A stretch of 64,000 bases of DNA from a virus (lineage: Duplodnaviria; Heunggongvirae; Uroviricota; Caudoviricetes). The notes under the pieces are model-generated. The model had not been told where the DNA came from, made no database searches, and saw only the letters and a program-made list of their open reading frames with translations. This document shows positions 1 through 8,683 of this stretch, piece by piece. Location: the IMG/VR virus record IMGVR_UViG_3300045923_000005, positions 51,764-115,763 of that record; one strand, written 5' to 3'. Numbering within the stretch: position 1 is the stretch's first letter; each line of letters starts with the position of its first letter. A program made the position numbers and the translations under genes.

Positions 1-58
1 CAGCATCTGTTCACTTCCACTAATCATTCACTTCTCCAATAATATAGAATCAAACCAA

Positions 59-661
59 TCAAATCTTACCAAACAGTTCCGCGTATTTCTCCAAGTAAGC
101 CACTTCGATGTCACTAGGATCCTTGAACCAGAATGACTCAGGGTAACTGAATTCTTCAATGTAGGCACAGGCTTCTTCTTTCAAACCGGGAGGCGCTTCC
201 CAATTTTCACCTTTGGAGATGATCAGTTCTTGAACTTCGACGTGTAGGGCTAGATAGTCAGCCTTCTTACAACCATCTGTACTCTTCTCAGGGAGACCAT
301 ATTGTTTGCGCAGGCGAATTTCAAGTACTGCCTCGACATTCTTGTAGTCAGGCAATAAGACCTTCCAAGGTGAGGGAATATCAGACAGGATAGACTCTTG
401 TCCATCGTGCATGAATCCCTCCCGAGGATCCCCTAGCTTCTTATTCTCCATGATATCAGCAACCAGAATGGAATGCTGAGCAACGGTGTAGAGCCTTGTG
501 CAATGACCATTGTAGCGGCACATCTTGCTCAGACTGGCCGCCATGTTAGGAATGGTGAAGGCAGTGTCCTTGTAATAGAACCGGCTGCCGTCAGCTAGTT
601 CGATCCAAAGAGCGCTGTCGCCAACACTCGCGTAAAATTCATTTGATGATTGCTGTGACAT
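59..661 (-). CDS. HD-domain metal-dependent phosphohydrolase
   Basis: 200-aa ORF with spaced His/Asp motifs (…AQHSILVADIME… FMHDGQE… D…) typical of the HD hydrolase fold. The stop abuts the start of the upstream ORF. Confidence 0.5.
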   Translation of the reverse strand: MSQQSSNEFYASVGDSALWIELADGSRFYYKDTAFTIPNMAASLSKMCRYNGHCTRLYTVAQHSILVADIMENKKLGDPREGFMHDGQESILSDIPSPWKVLLPDYKNVEAVLEIRLRKQYGLPEKSTDGCKKADYLALHVEVQELIISKGENWEAPPGLKEEACAYIEEFSYPESFWFKDPSDIEVAYLEKYAELFGKI

Positions 662-996
662 TAGGCGTCCATGTCGCTACGAACTTCTGCCGTCAGCACT
701 TTCTGAACGGTGGCTCGTAGACTGTTTGATGGTGGCGGAGCCTTGGCGATGATAAAGCCTAGCTCTTGTGCTCTGCTCACCAATTCCTCTTCTTCGCGCG
801 CTCGTGTGACGGCAGCCTTGCGCTCACTCGCCCACAACTGGATCCTGTAGAATGCAGGCATATCCATTTGCTGTAGGACTACGGTATTGCCTTCACGGTA
901 TACCACTGCCTTGTCAAATACTTCAACCACGAAGTCGGCCAATTGATAGACCATCTTCTCCAGTTGATCCATCTTCTCTTTCGTTGCGCTATCCAT
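661..996 (-). CDS. hypothetical protein (111 aa)
   Basis: ORF in minus-strand operon, start/stop coupled to neighbours; no recognisable motif. Confidence 0.35.
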   Translation of the reverse strand: MDSATKEKMDQLEKMVYQLADFVVEVFDKAVVYREGNTVVLQQMDMPAFYRIQLWASERKAAVTRAREEEELVSRAQELGFIIAKAPPPSNSLRATVQKVLTAEVRSDMDA

Positions 997-1210
997 TGAT
1001 CTGTCCTTGTATGATCGTCATTGCATCGCTATAGGCACCTGCGGCGGACTCTTCATAGAACAGTCGAGGCATACGGTCTTCACCGGTAGCGAAATTGTTG
1101 AAGATGAACTGACCGAACCGTTGGTCATTATCATCACGGCCATTGCCGAACTGGTCTGCCCATTTCTGGTAGACCAGTGTCAGCGCGGCCTCGGTTAGTT
1201 TCAGATCCAT
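989..1210 (-). CDS. hypothetical protein (73 aa)
   Basis: short ORF directly downstream of gene 45; acidic, no motif. Confidence 0.3.
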   Translation of the reverse strand: MDLKLTEAALTLVYQKWADQFGNGRDDNDQRFGQFIFNNFATGEDRMPRLFYEESAAGAYSDAMTIIQGQING

Positions 1211-1211
1211 C

Positions 1212-1898
1212 TTACTTCTGGAAAGAGCTTGCGCCTGCTTCCAGAGAGACCCAGTAGGTCAGCTTGCCGGTCTTGTTGGTGAACTTGGCGACGCCCATGC
1301 TGGCCAACTCAACCTTATAAGCACCTGGCATGATCTTGATGTTGTCCAGCTTGAAGACAGCCTTGAAACTCTTCACCGTGAAGGTTCCCTCAAGAGCTAC
1401 TTCTGCGTCATCAACGATCTCACCCTTCACGTCGATAGCCGCTAGGCTCAGACCACCTTCCTCGGTGCTCTGGACGATAATATTTGGACACTTCAAGATG
1501 CTGGAGACGTTCATGATCCATTCGTAGATCTCTTCCGTCAACTCGAACTCTACGTCATACTTGCTGACGTTGATGTTCTTTGAAGGAGGAGCCAGGATCA
1601 ACTTGGTATCCGTGAAACGTTGGCGGGTTCGTCCGCGCCCATTCAGGCCAAGGTAAACCAGCGACTCTTTCTCAATAGCAACTTCTGGGTTGCCCTTATT
1701 GAGTGAGAGAAGAGCTAGAGTCTTGTTCAGATCATAGATACCGAATTCAGACTCAAACACTTCATCAACATGGGCTTCGGCCAGAATGGTCTTGTTGCTG
1801 GAAATCGTTCGCAGCACTTGACCCGGCTTAACCACCAAACCACTGTTGATAGAAGCAAAATTCTTCAACACTTCAACAAAATTCTCACTCAACTTCAT
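1212..1898 (-). CDS. 45: DNA polymerase sliding clamp (T4 gp45 homologue)
   Basis: 228 aa, the same length as T4 gp45. N-terminus MKLSENFVEVLKNFASINSGLVVKPGQ versus T4 MKLSKDTTALLKNFATINSGIMLKSGQ. Similarity continues along the full length, and a GGAG SD lies upstream. Confidence 0.9.
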   Translation of the reverse strand: MKLSENFVEVLKNFASINSGLVVKPGQVLRTISSNKTILAEAHVDEVFESEFGIYDLNKTLALLSLNKGNPEVAIEKESLVYLGLNGRGRTRQRFTDTKLILAPPSKNINVSKYDVEFELTEEIYEWIMNVSSILKCPNIIVQSTEEGGLSLAAIDVKGEIVDDAEVALEGTFTVKSFKAVFKLDNIKIMPGAYKVELASMGVAKFTNKTGKLTYWVSLEAGASSFQK

Positions 1899-1904
1899 AG
1901 CAAA

Positions 1905-1936
1905 TCTCCAATGTGATGTATCTATTATACGCGACT
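1905..1936 (-). promoter_or_regulatory. promoter-like -10 box (GTATAATAG) with GGAG SD upstream of gene 45
   Basis: minus-strand reads gtcgcGTATAATAGatacatcacattGGAGatttgctATG; TATAAT lies ~29 nt upstream of the gp45 start. Confidence 0.4.
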
Positions 1937-2596
1937 TTACTGTAATAGAATAGGAGCCGCGTCTAGCTCAAACCCTAAGACTTTGATTGTACTTGCCAAT
2001 GTTCGTTCCAATGCCTCTATCGTCGCCTCATTACGGAGACGGCCGCAGATGATTGGATGACCGATCCATGCCCATTCAGAATAGTGAACTTTTGGATATT
2101 CCATCATCCATTGTTTTTCTGGACTCCAATCAGATTCTATATTGTAACGGAGCGCCGTTTCATAATAGTCTGGATCTGGTCCTCGACTGACTTCGATTAG
2201 ATGACCACCACCCTGACTGATCATCTGAATCTCGTTAGGAAAACGAACATCTGTCACGACATAGTTCTTACGAGGGTCAAGGTCGCGCATAAGAGCGGCT
2301 ACCCAAAGGTCTTTGTGGAAAATATTGCGACCGGCCTCTGTGCCCATCTGTTGCAATGCTTCGCGTGGAGTATATGGTCTACCCATGACCTTGGACCAAT
2401 AAACGCAGGGAGTCTCACGGAAGGTACGGGACTCTGGTGTGTCGCCCTCTAGCAGTATCCTGGGCCAACCGAAGATACAAGAGACGGCATCCTTGAGCTT
2501 ACTCGCGAATGATACAGCGATGAATCCGTGCTTGACTAGAATGTCTCCGGCAGTGCCTTTGCCGCTACCCATGAACCCTAAGAATCCTATCAGCAT
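1937..2596 (-). CDS. 1: deoxynucleoside monophosphate kinase (T4 gp1-like)
   Basis: P-loop GFMGSGKGTAGD compared with T4 gp1 LSGVKRSGKDTTAD; conserved VTDVRFPNE compared with VPDTRQDHE; 219 aa. Confidence 0.8.
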   Translation of the reverse strand: MLIGFLGFMGSGKGTAGDILVKHGFIAVSFASKLKDAVSCIFGWPRILLEGDTPESRTFRETPCVYWSKVMGRPYTPREALQQMGTEAGRNIFHKDLWVAALMRDLDPRKNYVVTDVRFPNEIQMISQGGGHLIEVSRGPDPDYYETALRYNIESDWSPEKQWMMEYPKVHYSEWAWIGHPIICGRLRNEATIEALERTLASTIKVLGFELDAAPILLQ

Positions 2597-2796
2597 TATT
2601 TACTCCAAACTCTTTTACCGTTGACCAATGACCAGGACTTGCCTTTCTTCGCCTTAGACATCTTTGCTTTGGCCCAACTTTCCTGCACTTCTTGTTGAGT
2701 GTTTGCTCTTGGAGAAGGATGATCAATTGGACCTCTGGCTGGAGTCTTCACAACTTTGAAATCTCCGTTTGGAAGATGTTCAATGGTTTCATTCAT
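2596..2796 (-). CDS. small hypothetical protein (~66 aa; internal Met of the 132-aa table ORF)
   Basis: The table ORF 2596..2994 overlaps the upstream 315-aa gene by about 200 nt and its N-terminal part is Cys/low-complexity. The plausible product starts at MNETIEHLPNG…, immediately after the 2798 stop. Confidence 0.3.
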   Translation of the reverse strand: MNETIEHLPNGDFKVVKTPARGPIDHPSPRANTQQEVQESWAKAKMSKAKKGKSWSLVNGKRVWSK

Positions 2797-2797
2797 A

Positions 2798-3745
2798 TTA
2801 CAGATTGCCCACGAATTTAGCAACGGCTGGCATATTACCTTGGAAGGCATACGTGCCGACGTGGAATGTGCGCATCCATGGGCACAACCAAATCTCACCA
2901 CCCATATTGCGGTACAGCTGACAGAAGTGATAGTCTTCAGACAAGTAGCGATCAGAGCCGCCAACCTCGAAGGTATCACCCTTCTTCTTATCATTGTAGT
3001 CCTGGACGATGGTCATGGTCCGCTTGCGGTCGATGATACAATCGAAGAACGCATGGATGTAACGGGAGCCATCGAAGTTAGCCTGACCTACGTGGTCTGG
3101 TTTGTACTTGTACTCAGGATACTGTGCCTGGTAGCGCTCAAACACGTGGCGCTTGATCATCATGAAGCCTGTGCCTATCTCCATGACGCGCAATGGTTCG
3201 CCGACGTTGAAGGTCGTCGTGCCGGCGACTGGATTGAATACATAGTCACCGATTACTTGCTCGATCTCAGCTGGACCAGGACTACCCTTGGTCGCGACGT
3301 CGCGCAGTTCATTTGGTGTAATCAATGGGTTGAGTTTGACCGCATCGATTGCTTCCTGCCACTTCATACCTTTATGAACAGCCTGGAGAGCATTGGTCCA
3401 CTTAATGCTCTTCTTAGGATATGGAGCACCTATGATGTCCTTATCCAGAGCCAAGCAACCAATGATGTCACGCGGATCAAAGTGAATGTCGGCGTCAAGG
3501 AACAGCAGGTGAGTATAGCCTGAGCGTAAGAACTCGTCCACCAAGTAATTACGAGCGCGAGTAATCAGCGACTCGTTGAAAATGAAACTGAAGCGAGACT
3601 CAAACTGGTATTGTGCGCAAAGACCCTGAAGATCCAAGCATGCTTTCATGTACATACCGGTACATTGGCCACCATACATTGGTGTAGCGATGAAGAGTTT
3701 GTTCTTTCGTAGTTGTTCTACACTTATCTGAATGTTCTGCGCCAT
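2798..3745 (-). CDS. putative glycosyltransferase (DxD motif)
   Basis: 315 aa; N-terminal LFIATPMYGGQ plus HLLFLDADIHFDP (DxD), typical of nucleotide-sugar GT-A folds. Sits in the candidate DNA-modification cluster. Confidence 0.5.
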   Translation of the reverse strand: MAQNIQISVEQLRKNKLFIATPMYGGQCTGMYMKACLDLQGLCAQYQFESRFSFIFNESLITRARNYLVDEFLRSGYTHLLFLDADIHFDPRDIIGCLALDKDIIGAPYPKKSIKWTNALQAVHKGMKWQEAIDAVKLNPLITPNELRDVATKGSPGPAEIEQVIGDYVFNPVAGTTTFNVGEPLRVMEIGTGFMMIKRHVFERYQAQYPEYKYKPDHVGQANFDGSRYIHAFFDCIIDRKRTMTIVQDYNDKKKGDTFEVGGSDRYLSEDYHFCQLYRNMGGEIWLCPWMRTFHVGTYAFQGNMPAVAKFVGNL

Positions 3746-3811
3746 CTGGTACCCTCATAGTTCTTGTAAAGTCGTGGGATTGTTATATTATAGGTCAATT
3801 TAACTTAAGAG

Positions 3812-4027
3812 TCAAGTGCCATCATGTTGTGCTTTAACAAATGCTTGGTAAGACTTTGTCCAGTAAGCCTTTCTATCTGGTTTGTCAAATCTTGAACCCG
3901 CATAGACCGCGTCGGCTGGCACTTGGTTGGCCATCATGACTGTGATTGTGGTTTGTCCATCTTTAAGAGTACCAACGTGATCAAACAGTACTGCGTACCG
4001 GGCAACTGTTACGACTTCGTTGGCCAT
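3812..4027 (-). CDS. hypothetical protein (71 aa)
   Basis: small ORF between the kinase and glycosyltransferase genes; promoter-like box downstream of its stop. Confidence 0.3.
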   Translation of the reverse strand: MANEVVTVARYAVLFDHVGTLKDGQTTITVMMANQVPADAVYAGSRFDKPDRKAYWTKSYQAFVKAQHDGT

Positions 4028-4563
4028 AGTTCATGCCACATCCATTCGACAACGGCACGAGTATCATCTGGCGTCTCATTAGGGAAGTCGATAATGTAAC
4101 CCATCAAGGTCATGTTGGAGCGTAGGTTGGAGACCTTCGTCTCGCGACCTTTCTTGAATATTTCTGACTGACTGTCACCACGACTGGTATGCCTAGACTC
4201 TAGGGTGCTGTCGGCGACGCTCACGTGAACGATGTGGAAGGTTGTGTCTGGTTGATCCGCTAAGAACTCTAGGAAGCTCTGTGTCCCTAGACGATCACCT
4301 TCAAATACGACGTTGCTCTTAGTGTTCTTGATGAACTCGATGGCCTGTGGTTGGACTGCCATAGAATAGCGGTCAGTACCGGGGAACGGTTCGTCCTTAG
4401 CATAGCGACCCAGGACATGGGTATCCGTTCCCTTGTTGTAAAGGGAGGGCACAAGCTTGGTCAACTCTACTTCCTGCCATGGAGCAACGCGCTCTAAGAA
4501 GGCGCGCATGATGGTGCTCTTACCACAGGCTGGTTGTCCAATCATAGCGATAATAGTTCTCAT
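4009..4563 (-). CDS. P-loop kinase-like protein (Walker A GQPACGKST)
   Basis: 184 aa; Walker A at the N-terminus, later hhhhD Walker-B-like region. The size fits small nucleotide or DNA-base kinases; position suggests a role in the modification cluster. Confidence 0.55.
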   Translation of the reverse strand: MRTIIAMIGQPACGKSTIMRAFLERVAPWQEVELTKLVPSLYNKGTDTHVLGRYAKDEPFPGTDRYSMAVQPQAIEFIKNTKSNVVFEGDRLGTQSFLEFLADQPDTTFHIVHVSVADSTLESRHTSRGDSQSEIFKKGRETKVSNLRSNMTLMGYIIDFPNETPDDTRAVVEWMWHELWPTKS

Positions 4564-5732
4564 TCAAACAATCCTTCTAGTCCAACGTTCTTTGATGACC
4601 ATATGTCGGCGTCAAACCCGTTCTCGAAGTAAGGGAACATCTTGCTCATCATGATGGGCTTACCGGTCGTGCGATAATAGTTCTGCTTGATTTGGCAGAG
4701 ACCTGGATCGCGTGGGTTGTCTTCAAGACGCAGTTCTACTGGTAGGCACTCCTTGCGCATCTGCCAGAATAACTCTACCTTCTTATCACCCCATTCCTGC
4801 TCGGCGTATTCAATACGATCGTGCATCATATCCATGTAGACGTTTGGATACCGGCGATTAGGACGGTGCCAACTCTTGTAGCAGCAGAACGTGCTCTCTA
4901 AGGTGAAGTAGGACACATCATAGTGTTTTATGCGTGCCTCTGCTTCTTCAAGTAAGAGCGCGCCCTCTGTGCCTAGCCACTCTATGGTGTCCTTATGGTA
5001 GCCGGGGAAGTTTGGGTTCTCTGGTTCATAATCATCCAGATCATCGCGACCAAGAACTTTACATAGACCGTTACGATGAGACTTAGAGCCGCTAATATCA
5101 TCAAGAAAAAGTGAATCACAATCCAAGGGAAGTCCGCAGATCCGGAGGTATTCAAGATAGGAGAACGTGGACAGTCTTCCCATGGATAGAACGTTGCCCT
5201 TGATAGCATTCCAAACATTCCTGAAGTTCTCATAATTGTTACCTTTCAAGAAGTCAGAAAAGAATCCTAGTTGAGTCCTATCCCCGACTGCTTTCTTGTA
5301 TGATTCAATACACTGAGGAAAACCGGTAACACCGATCTTGAAATACTTACGGTCGCTATCCCAACCACTACCTGCCTTGAAATGTTGATGGTTAGCATTC
5401 CACCAATCATTTAATTTGTCAACCGATGTATCCTTGAAAGTGGGGAACTGCTCCATGATAATGTTGGTCGTCACGATGTTCTGTGAACAACCATTAATGA
5501 AGGCCATCCAAAGTTTTTGCTCGTCGTCCATTTTGTGGTGCTTGGCCAACCAAGGCATAGCGAAATAGACTCCACCTGGATGGGAGTTATACTTCAAATG
5601 GAACTCATAGAAATTAAGAAACACTTCCCGGCGATACTCTGGAAGTCTGAAATCTAAGCCGGGTTGTAACTCTTTTATTTCTGAGATATCTTTCAATTCA
5701 CAATAGCGTCCCAATTGTTGTTGTTTTTTCAT
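4560..5732 (-). CDS. hypothetical 390-aa protein, candidate DNA-modification enzyme
   Basis: long ORF translationally coupled (ATGA overlaps) to the kinase and HNH genes; no motif I can name with certainty. Confidence 0.5.
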   Translation of the reverse strand: MKKQQQLGRYCELKDISEIKELQPGLDFRLPEYRREVFLNFYEFHLKYNSHPGGVYFAMPWLAKHHKMDDEQKLWMAFINGCSQNIVTTNIIMEQFPTFKDTSVDKLNDWWNANHQHFKAGSGWDSDRKYFKIGVTGFPQCIESYKKAVGDRTQLGFFSDFLKGNNYENFRNVWNAIKGNVLSMGRLSTFSYLEYLRICGLPLDCDSLFLDDISGSKSHRNGLCKVLGRDDLDDYEPENPNFPGYHKDTIEWLGTEGALLLEEAEARIKHYDVSYFTLESTFCCYKSWHRPNRRYPNVYMDMMHDRIEYAEQEWGDKKVELFWQMRKECLPVELRLEDNPRDPGLCQIKQNYYRTTGKPIMMSKMFPYFENGFDADIWSSKNVGLEGLFE

Positions 5733-6280
5733 TTAAGCGCTGCTGCCATTTTTGACCACTCTTCAAATGAAAATCTATCACCCTTTCCGTTATTACAACG
5801 TTTACAACAAACCACTATATTGTCTTTGTGGTATCCTTGTTTACAATCTTTTCTATCTAAGTTATATCCACCGTCGTCTGAATGTGGTTTAGGCCAATTG
5901 ATATCTACACCACAATAAAAACACTCTGTTATTTCTGTATATCGTACAAATTCTTCATAAGATATATCTACTGATATTCTTCTATATTTGGCAGCATTAC
6001 AAAGATCCGTATATAACCAACGATATGGCTCTTTACGTAAGTCCAATCTAACCGTTCCTATATTCGACGCGGCCATTTGTAATGTGTGTTCTCGACGTAA
6101 GCAACCACAAGATTTGATGTAATTTGATATTAGATCTGATCCTGTGATTTTCTTAATGTTACCACAATCACACGAACATTTATATACTATGCTACCGCTA
6201 TCATTTCTTCCTGCTGATTCTATCACAGTCAAGCGATTAAACTTCTGTCCTGTAAATAATTCTGGTAAACGATTAGACAT
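5729..6280 (-). CDS. HNH endonuclease
   Basis: FNRLTVIE…YKCSCDCGN plus GYHKDNIVVCCKRCNNGKGD, an HNH/zinc-finger homing-endonuclease signature. Confidence 0.7.
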   Translation of the reverse strand: MSNRLPELFTGQKFNRLTVIESAGRNDSGSIVYKCSCDCGNIKKITGSDLISNYIKSCGCLRREHTLQMAASNIGTVRLDLRKEPYRWLYTDLCNAAKYRRISVDISYEEFVRYTEITECFYCGVDINWPKPHSDDGGYNLDRKDCKQGYHKDNIVVCCKRCNNGKGDRFSFEEWSKMAAALK

Positions 6281-7373
6281 TTACAGAACCACCAACTATC
6301 CAAAACATGGTTTTGTCGTTGAAATATTGAGCAAATATGTGTTGATTTTGCTCTAAATAATTAAAACATTTTCCTTCGTATCTTGGGTGCATGACCACCC
6401 CATTGTAGGTATAGGGCATTAGGTCAGAGTAAGCACAAAAGCCTGAGCCGTTCAGGTCATAATGTTCTACTTCAATCTTGTCCTCAGTGTCGCCGAAAGG
6501 GAGACCCTCAGTTGCCCATGGCCAACTGAATACATCTGGAGCCTCTATCAAATCCAACCGTCGACGGATGAAGTCCGGGTCTTTGCTACCGTAATTGCCG
6601 ATGCCCAATAAGATGATGCGCTTCAGGTTTGGTAGTTCACCAGCGCGTCTTCGATAAGCCAAACCGTACAAGGCACCAACCGCCGAATTACAGCTACCTG
6701 CTGGGAGGATGATAGTCTCGATATGGTCGGGGACGTTAGCGCTCTGCGCGCCACCGACGGCATGAAAGTTCTTAACACGCTCAGGACTATTTCGTCCTTC
6801 ATTAACGGTAATATTTGTTTCGAGCACGAAATAACCATTGTACTTCTCTTTCTGGAGTCGGTACGCGGTAGCCTCTAGGGTCTTAGCATATCCAACTTTA
6901 CAAGGAATAAAACTAGCACCCATAGACTTAGCAATGACCAAATTAGGATGGCCAGCAATATCATCAGTACCAACGACATCAACACAAGGCGCGTCGTAGT
7001 GCTTGCAGATCGTAGCCACCATCGGATGCTGAGGAGAACCTGTAACAGCACCATGGATAACTCCTCTGGCTCCAGACTGGAGCGCATTGCTGATCAGCCA
7101 AATACAAACACGCAGCTTAGAGCCGTTGATGTTGCCATAACCTAGTGGCGCAAACTTGTCTTCGCGCTTGATCCAAATATTGCCGATCTTCTCTACTGGA
7201 GATAGATCATAGATGTGTTCTTCCCAACGCAAGTGAATGCGGTTCAGGGAAGGATTCTCAAAGATACTCTTATCCAAACAATGACTCCAGACTTGACTCT
7301 TCTTTACTGTGGTATTCTTTCCAGACATCGGTGCGGTCTGTGCTCTCGGCAAATAGTCGGAACTCTTCTCCAT
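6273..7373 (-). CDS. PLP-dependent enzyme, ACC deaminase/D-cysteine desulfhydrase family (fold type II)
   Basis: WIKREDKFAPLGYGNINGSKLR matches the family signature KREDxxxxxxxGGNKxRKLE (PLP lysine plus glycine loop). Start uncertain: the table start 7415 overlaps the upstream gene; Met15 is preceded by AGGAA. Confidence 0.7.
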   Translation of the reverse strand: MEKSSDYLPRAQTAPMSGKNTTVKKSQVWSHCLDKSIFENPSLNRIHLRWEEHIYDLSPVEKIGNIWIKREDKFAPLGYGNINGSKLRVCIWLISNALQSGARGVIHGAVTGSPQHPMVATICKHYDAPCVDVVGTDDIAGHPNLVIAKSMGASFIPCKVGYAKTLEATAYRLQKEKYNGYFVLETNITVNEGRNSPERVKNFHAVGGAQSANVPDHIETIILPAGSCNSAVGALYGLAYRRRAGELPNLKRIILLGIGNYGSKDPDFIRRRLDLIEAPDVFSWPWATEGLPFGDTEDKIEVEHYDLNGSGFCAYSDLMPYTYNGVVMHPRYEGKCFNYLEQNQHIFAQYFNDKTMFWIVGGSVNV

Positions 7374-8580
7374 CCCACATTCCTGCACTGACACCATTCC
7401 AACCTTCGCGTGCAAGAGGATTGCTTGGGTCTTTGCGCCGGTACTCTACAAAATCATACCGTAAGTCTTCATAGGCTCGGCTACCCAGTTCAAGCATTGC
7501 TTCCCTGAAGTAGCACACCAGACTGATGCGCTCTAACTCCACTCCGGCCTTGGAGATGATAGGAGTGTTGCCGTGAATGTAATCATGGTTGGCGACTAGT
7601 AGCAGATCACCAGGACGGATGTTGACGGCTGCCCGGACCTCTGGCAATACCAGATAGGCTCCGGAGTAATCGTTGTCCTTAGCGACGACCGTCAGGTTGC
7701 TGAACCCTGCTGCCAAGTCACCGGCGTCTCTATGTGCCGCCGTCCGGAAGTTCTTGTTGACGGTGATCGTTGTGAACGGTGTCTTAGGAATGTGGAAACT
7801 TGGATCGATCTGAGACGTCATAGCCATCTGGACGTTCCAACGGTATGGCAGCAGTTCTTTGAAACCTTTGGACAGCTGCTTCATAAACGGCCAGCTGAGT
7901 TTGAACCGCTCGAAGTTGTGTGCTGTATAAGACGTCGCCCGACCATATGGGATTCGTGGATACCTGTCGAACCAGCCGGCAATCCCGGAGTCAACCGGGT
8001 TGGCATAGGTGGTGTCGCTTATCAGGTTGTTCAAGACCCAGGAGGCATCGTTCCTTATCTGAGAACCGGGAACACCATCAACCAGACTGTCGTGTAGTCG
8101 GCTATCCAGCCAGCGATTGAAGTCGAAGTTGAGTCTGGCTTTCTCTTCACCGAGCCAGACCATACCGCGTGTGTCTTTCTTGTTCTTGGCGATGCTCTTG
8201 ATGCGGTCAATATCTTCCTGATTGAAGGTCGCCCGGTCGCCCAGCTTGGATAAGAAGTTCAGGATGTCCAACTGCTCTGTGGTTGCCCAGTCGCGGCCCT
8301 GACATTTGACACCCTTTGGACCGGCTGCTAGACCACGGTTCTGTGTAGGCTTGGCCGCCTGCATCAAACCTTCATAAGCACCGGCCTGTTGTTCTTTGGT
8401 GAAGAAGTTCTTACGGAACATCAGGACGACATTATGTTCCCCGTTTTCTACCGGGGACAGGGGATCCTTAAGATAGACGTCTGTGTCTTCTTCAATCAGA
8501 ATATCGTAGTGGGAGTCATCAAGAAACTTACCAAGGAGGTCTTCGCATTCACGACGCGTGACTTCAAGTACTCTTACCAA
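7270..8580 (-). CDS. 2-oxoglutarate/Fe(II)-dependent dioxygenase (HxD…H…RxS); possibly TET/JBP-like
   Basis: TAAHRDAGD (HxD) … ANHDYIHGNTP (distal His) … ERISLV (RxS), the canonical 2OG oxygenase triad spacing. The table start (GTG at 8634) lies inside a terminator hairpin, so the start was moved to the TTG preceded by GGAG (~8580). Confidence 0.6.
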   Translation of the reverse strand: MVRVLEVTRRECEDLLGKFLDDSHYDILIEEDTDVYLKDPLSPVENGEHNVVLMFRKNFFTKEQQAGAYEGLMQAAKPTQNRGLAAGPKGVKCQGRDWATTEQLDILNFLSKLGDRATFNQEDIDRIKSIAKNKKDTRGMVWLGEEKARLNFDFNRWLDSRLHDSLVDGVPGSQIRNDASWVLNNLISDTTYANPVDSGIAGWFDRYPRIPYGRATSYTAHNFERFKLSWPFMKQLSKGFKELLPYRWNVQMAMTSQIDPSFHIPKTPFTTITVNKNFRTAAHRDAGDLAAGFSNLTVVAKDNDYSGAYLVLPEVRAAVNIRPGDLLLVANHDYIHGNTPIISKAGVELERISLVCYFREAMLELGSRAYEDLRYDFVEYRRKDPSNPLAREGWNGVSAGMWDGEEFRLFAESTDRTDVWKEYHSKEESSLESLFG

Positions 8581-8587
8581 TTTCTTC

Positions 8588-8623
8588 TCCGAAAACAAAG
8601 GGCCGGAGCATTGCACTCCGGCC
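8588..8623 (-). terminator. rho-independent terminator-like hairpin downstream of cobS
   Basis: minus strand GGCCGGAGtgcaatgCTCCGGCC (8-bp perfect stem) followed by CTTTGTTTTCGG. Confidence 0.45.
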
Positions 8624-8683
8624 AAATTCTTCACTGTAGATATCTATTATACCTCACAGTTGTGTAAGAGTATATAGGAAAGT

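Noticed and set aside
1-1210. Expectation that clamp-loader genes 44/62 follow gene 45 as in T4
   Set aside because: The three ORFs downstream of gene 45 (73, 111, 200 aa) are too small and carry no AAA+ motifs; the 200-aa one is an HD hydrolase. The clamp loader must be elsewhere.
2596-2994. 132-aa table ORF overlapping the 3' end of the glycosyltransferase gene by about 200 nt
   Set aside because: N-terminal half is Cys/low-complexity and overlaps a confident gene; only the C-terminal 66 codons after an internal Met were kept.
2756-3523. 255-aa plus-strand ORF antisense to the glycosyltransferase gene. Similar long antisense ORFs occur at 11171..11740, 11803..12270, 12042..12320 and 8753..9223.
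   Set aside because: They lie opposite well-supported minus-strand genes. Several fall in the poly-acidic GAx-repeat region of cobT, where antisense frames are trivially open. Composition is Arg/His/Ser-rich nonsense with no start context.
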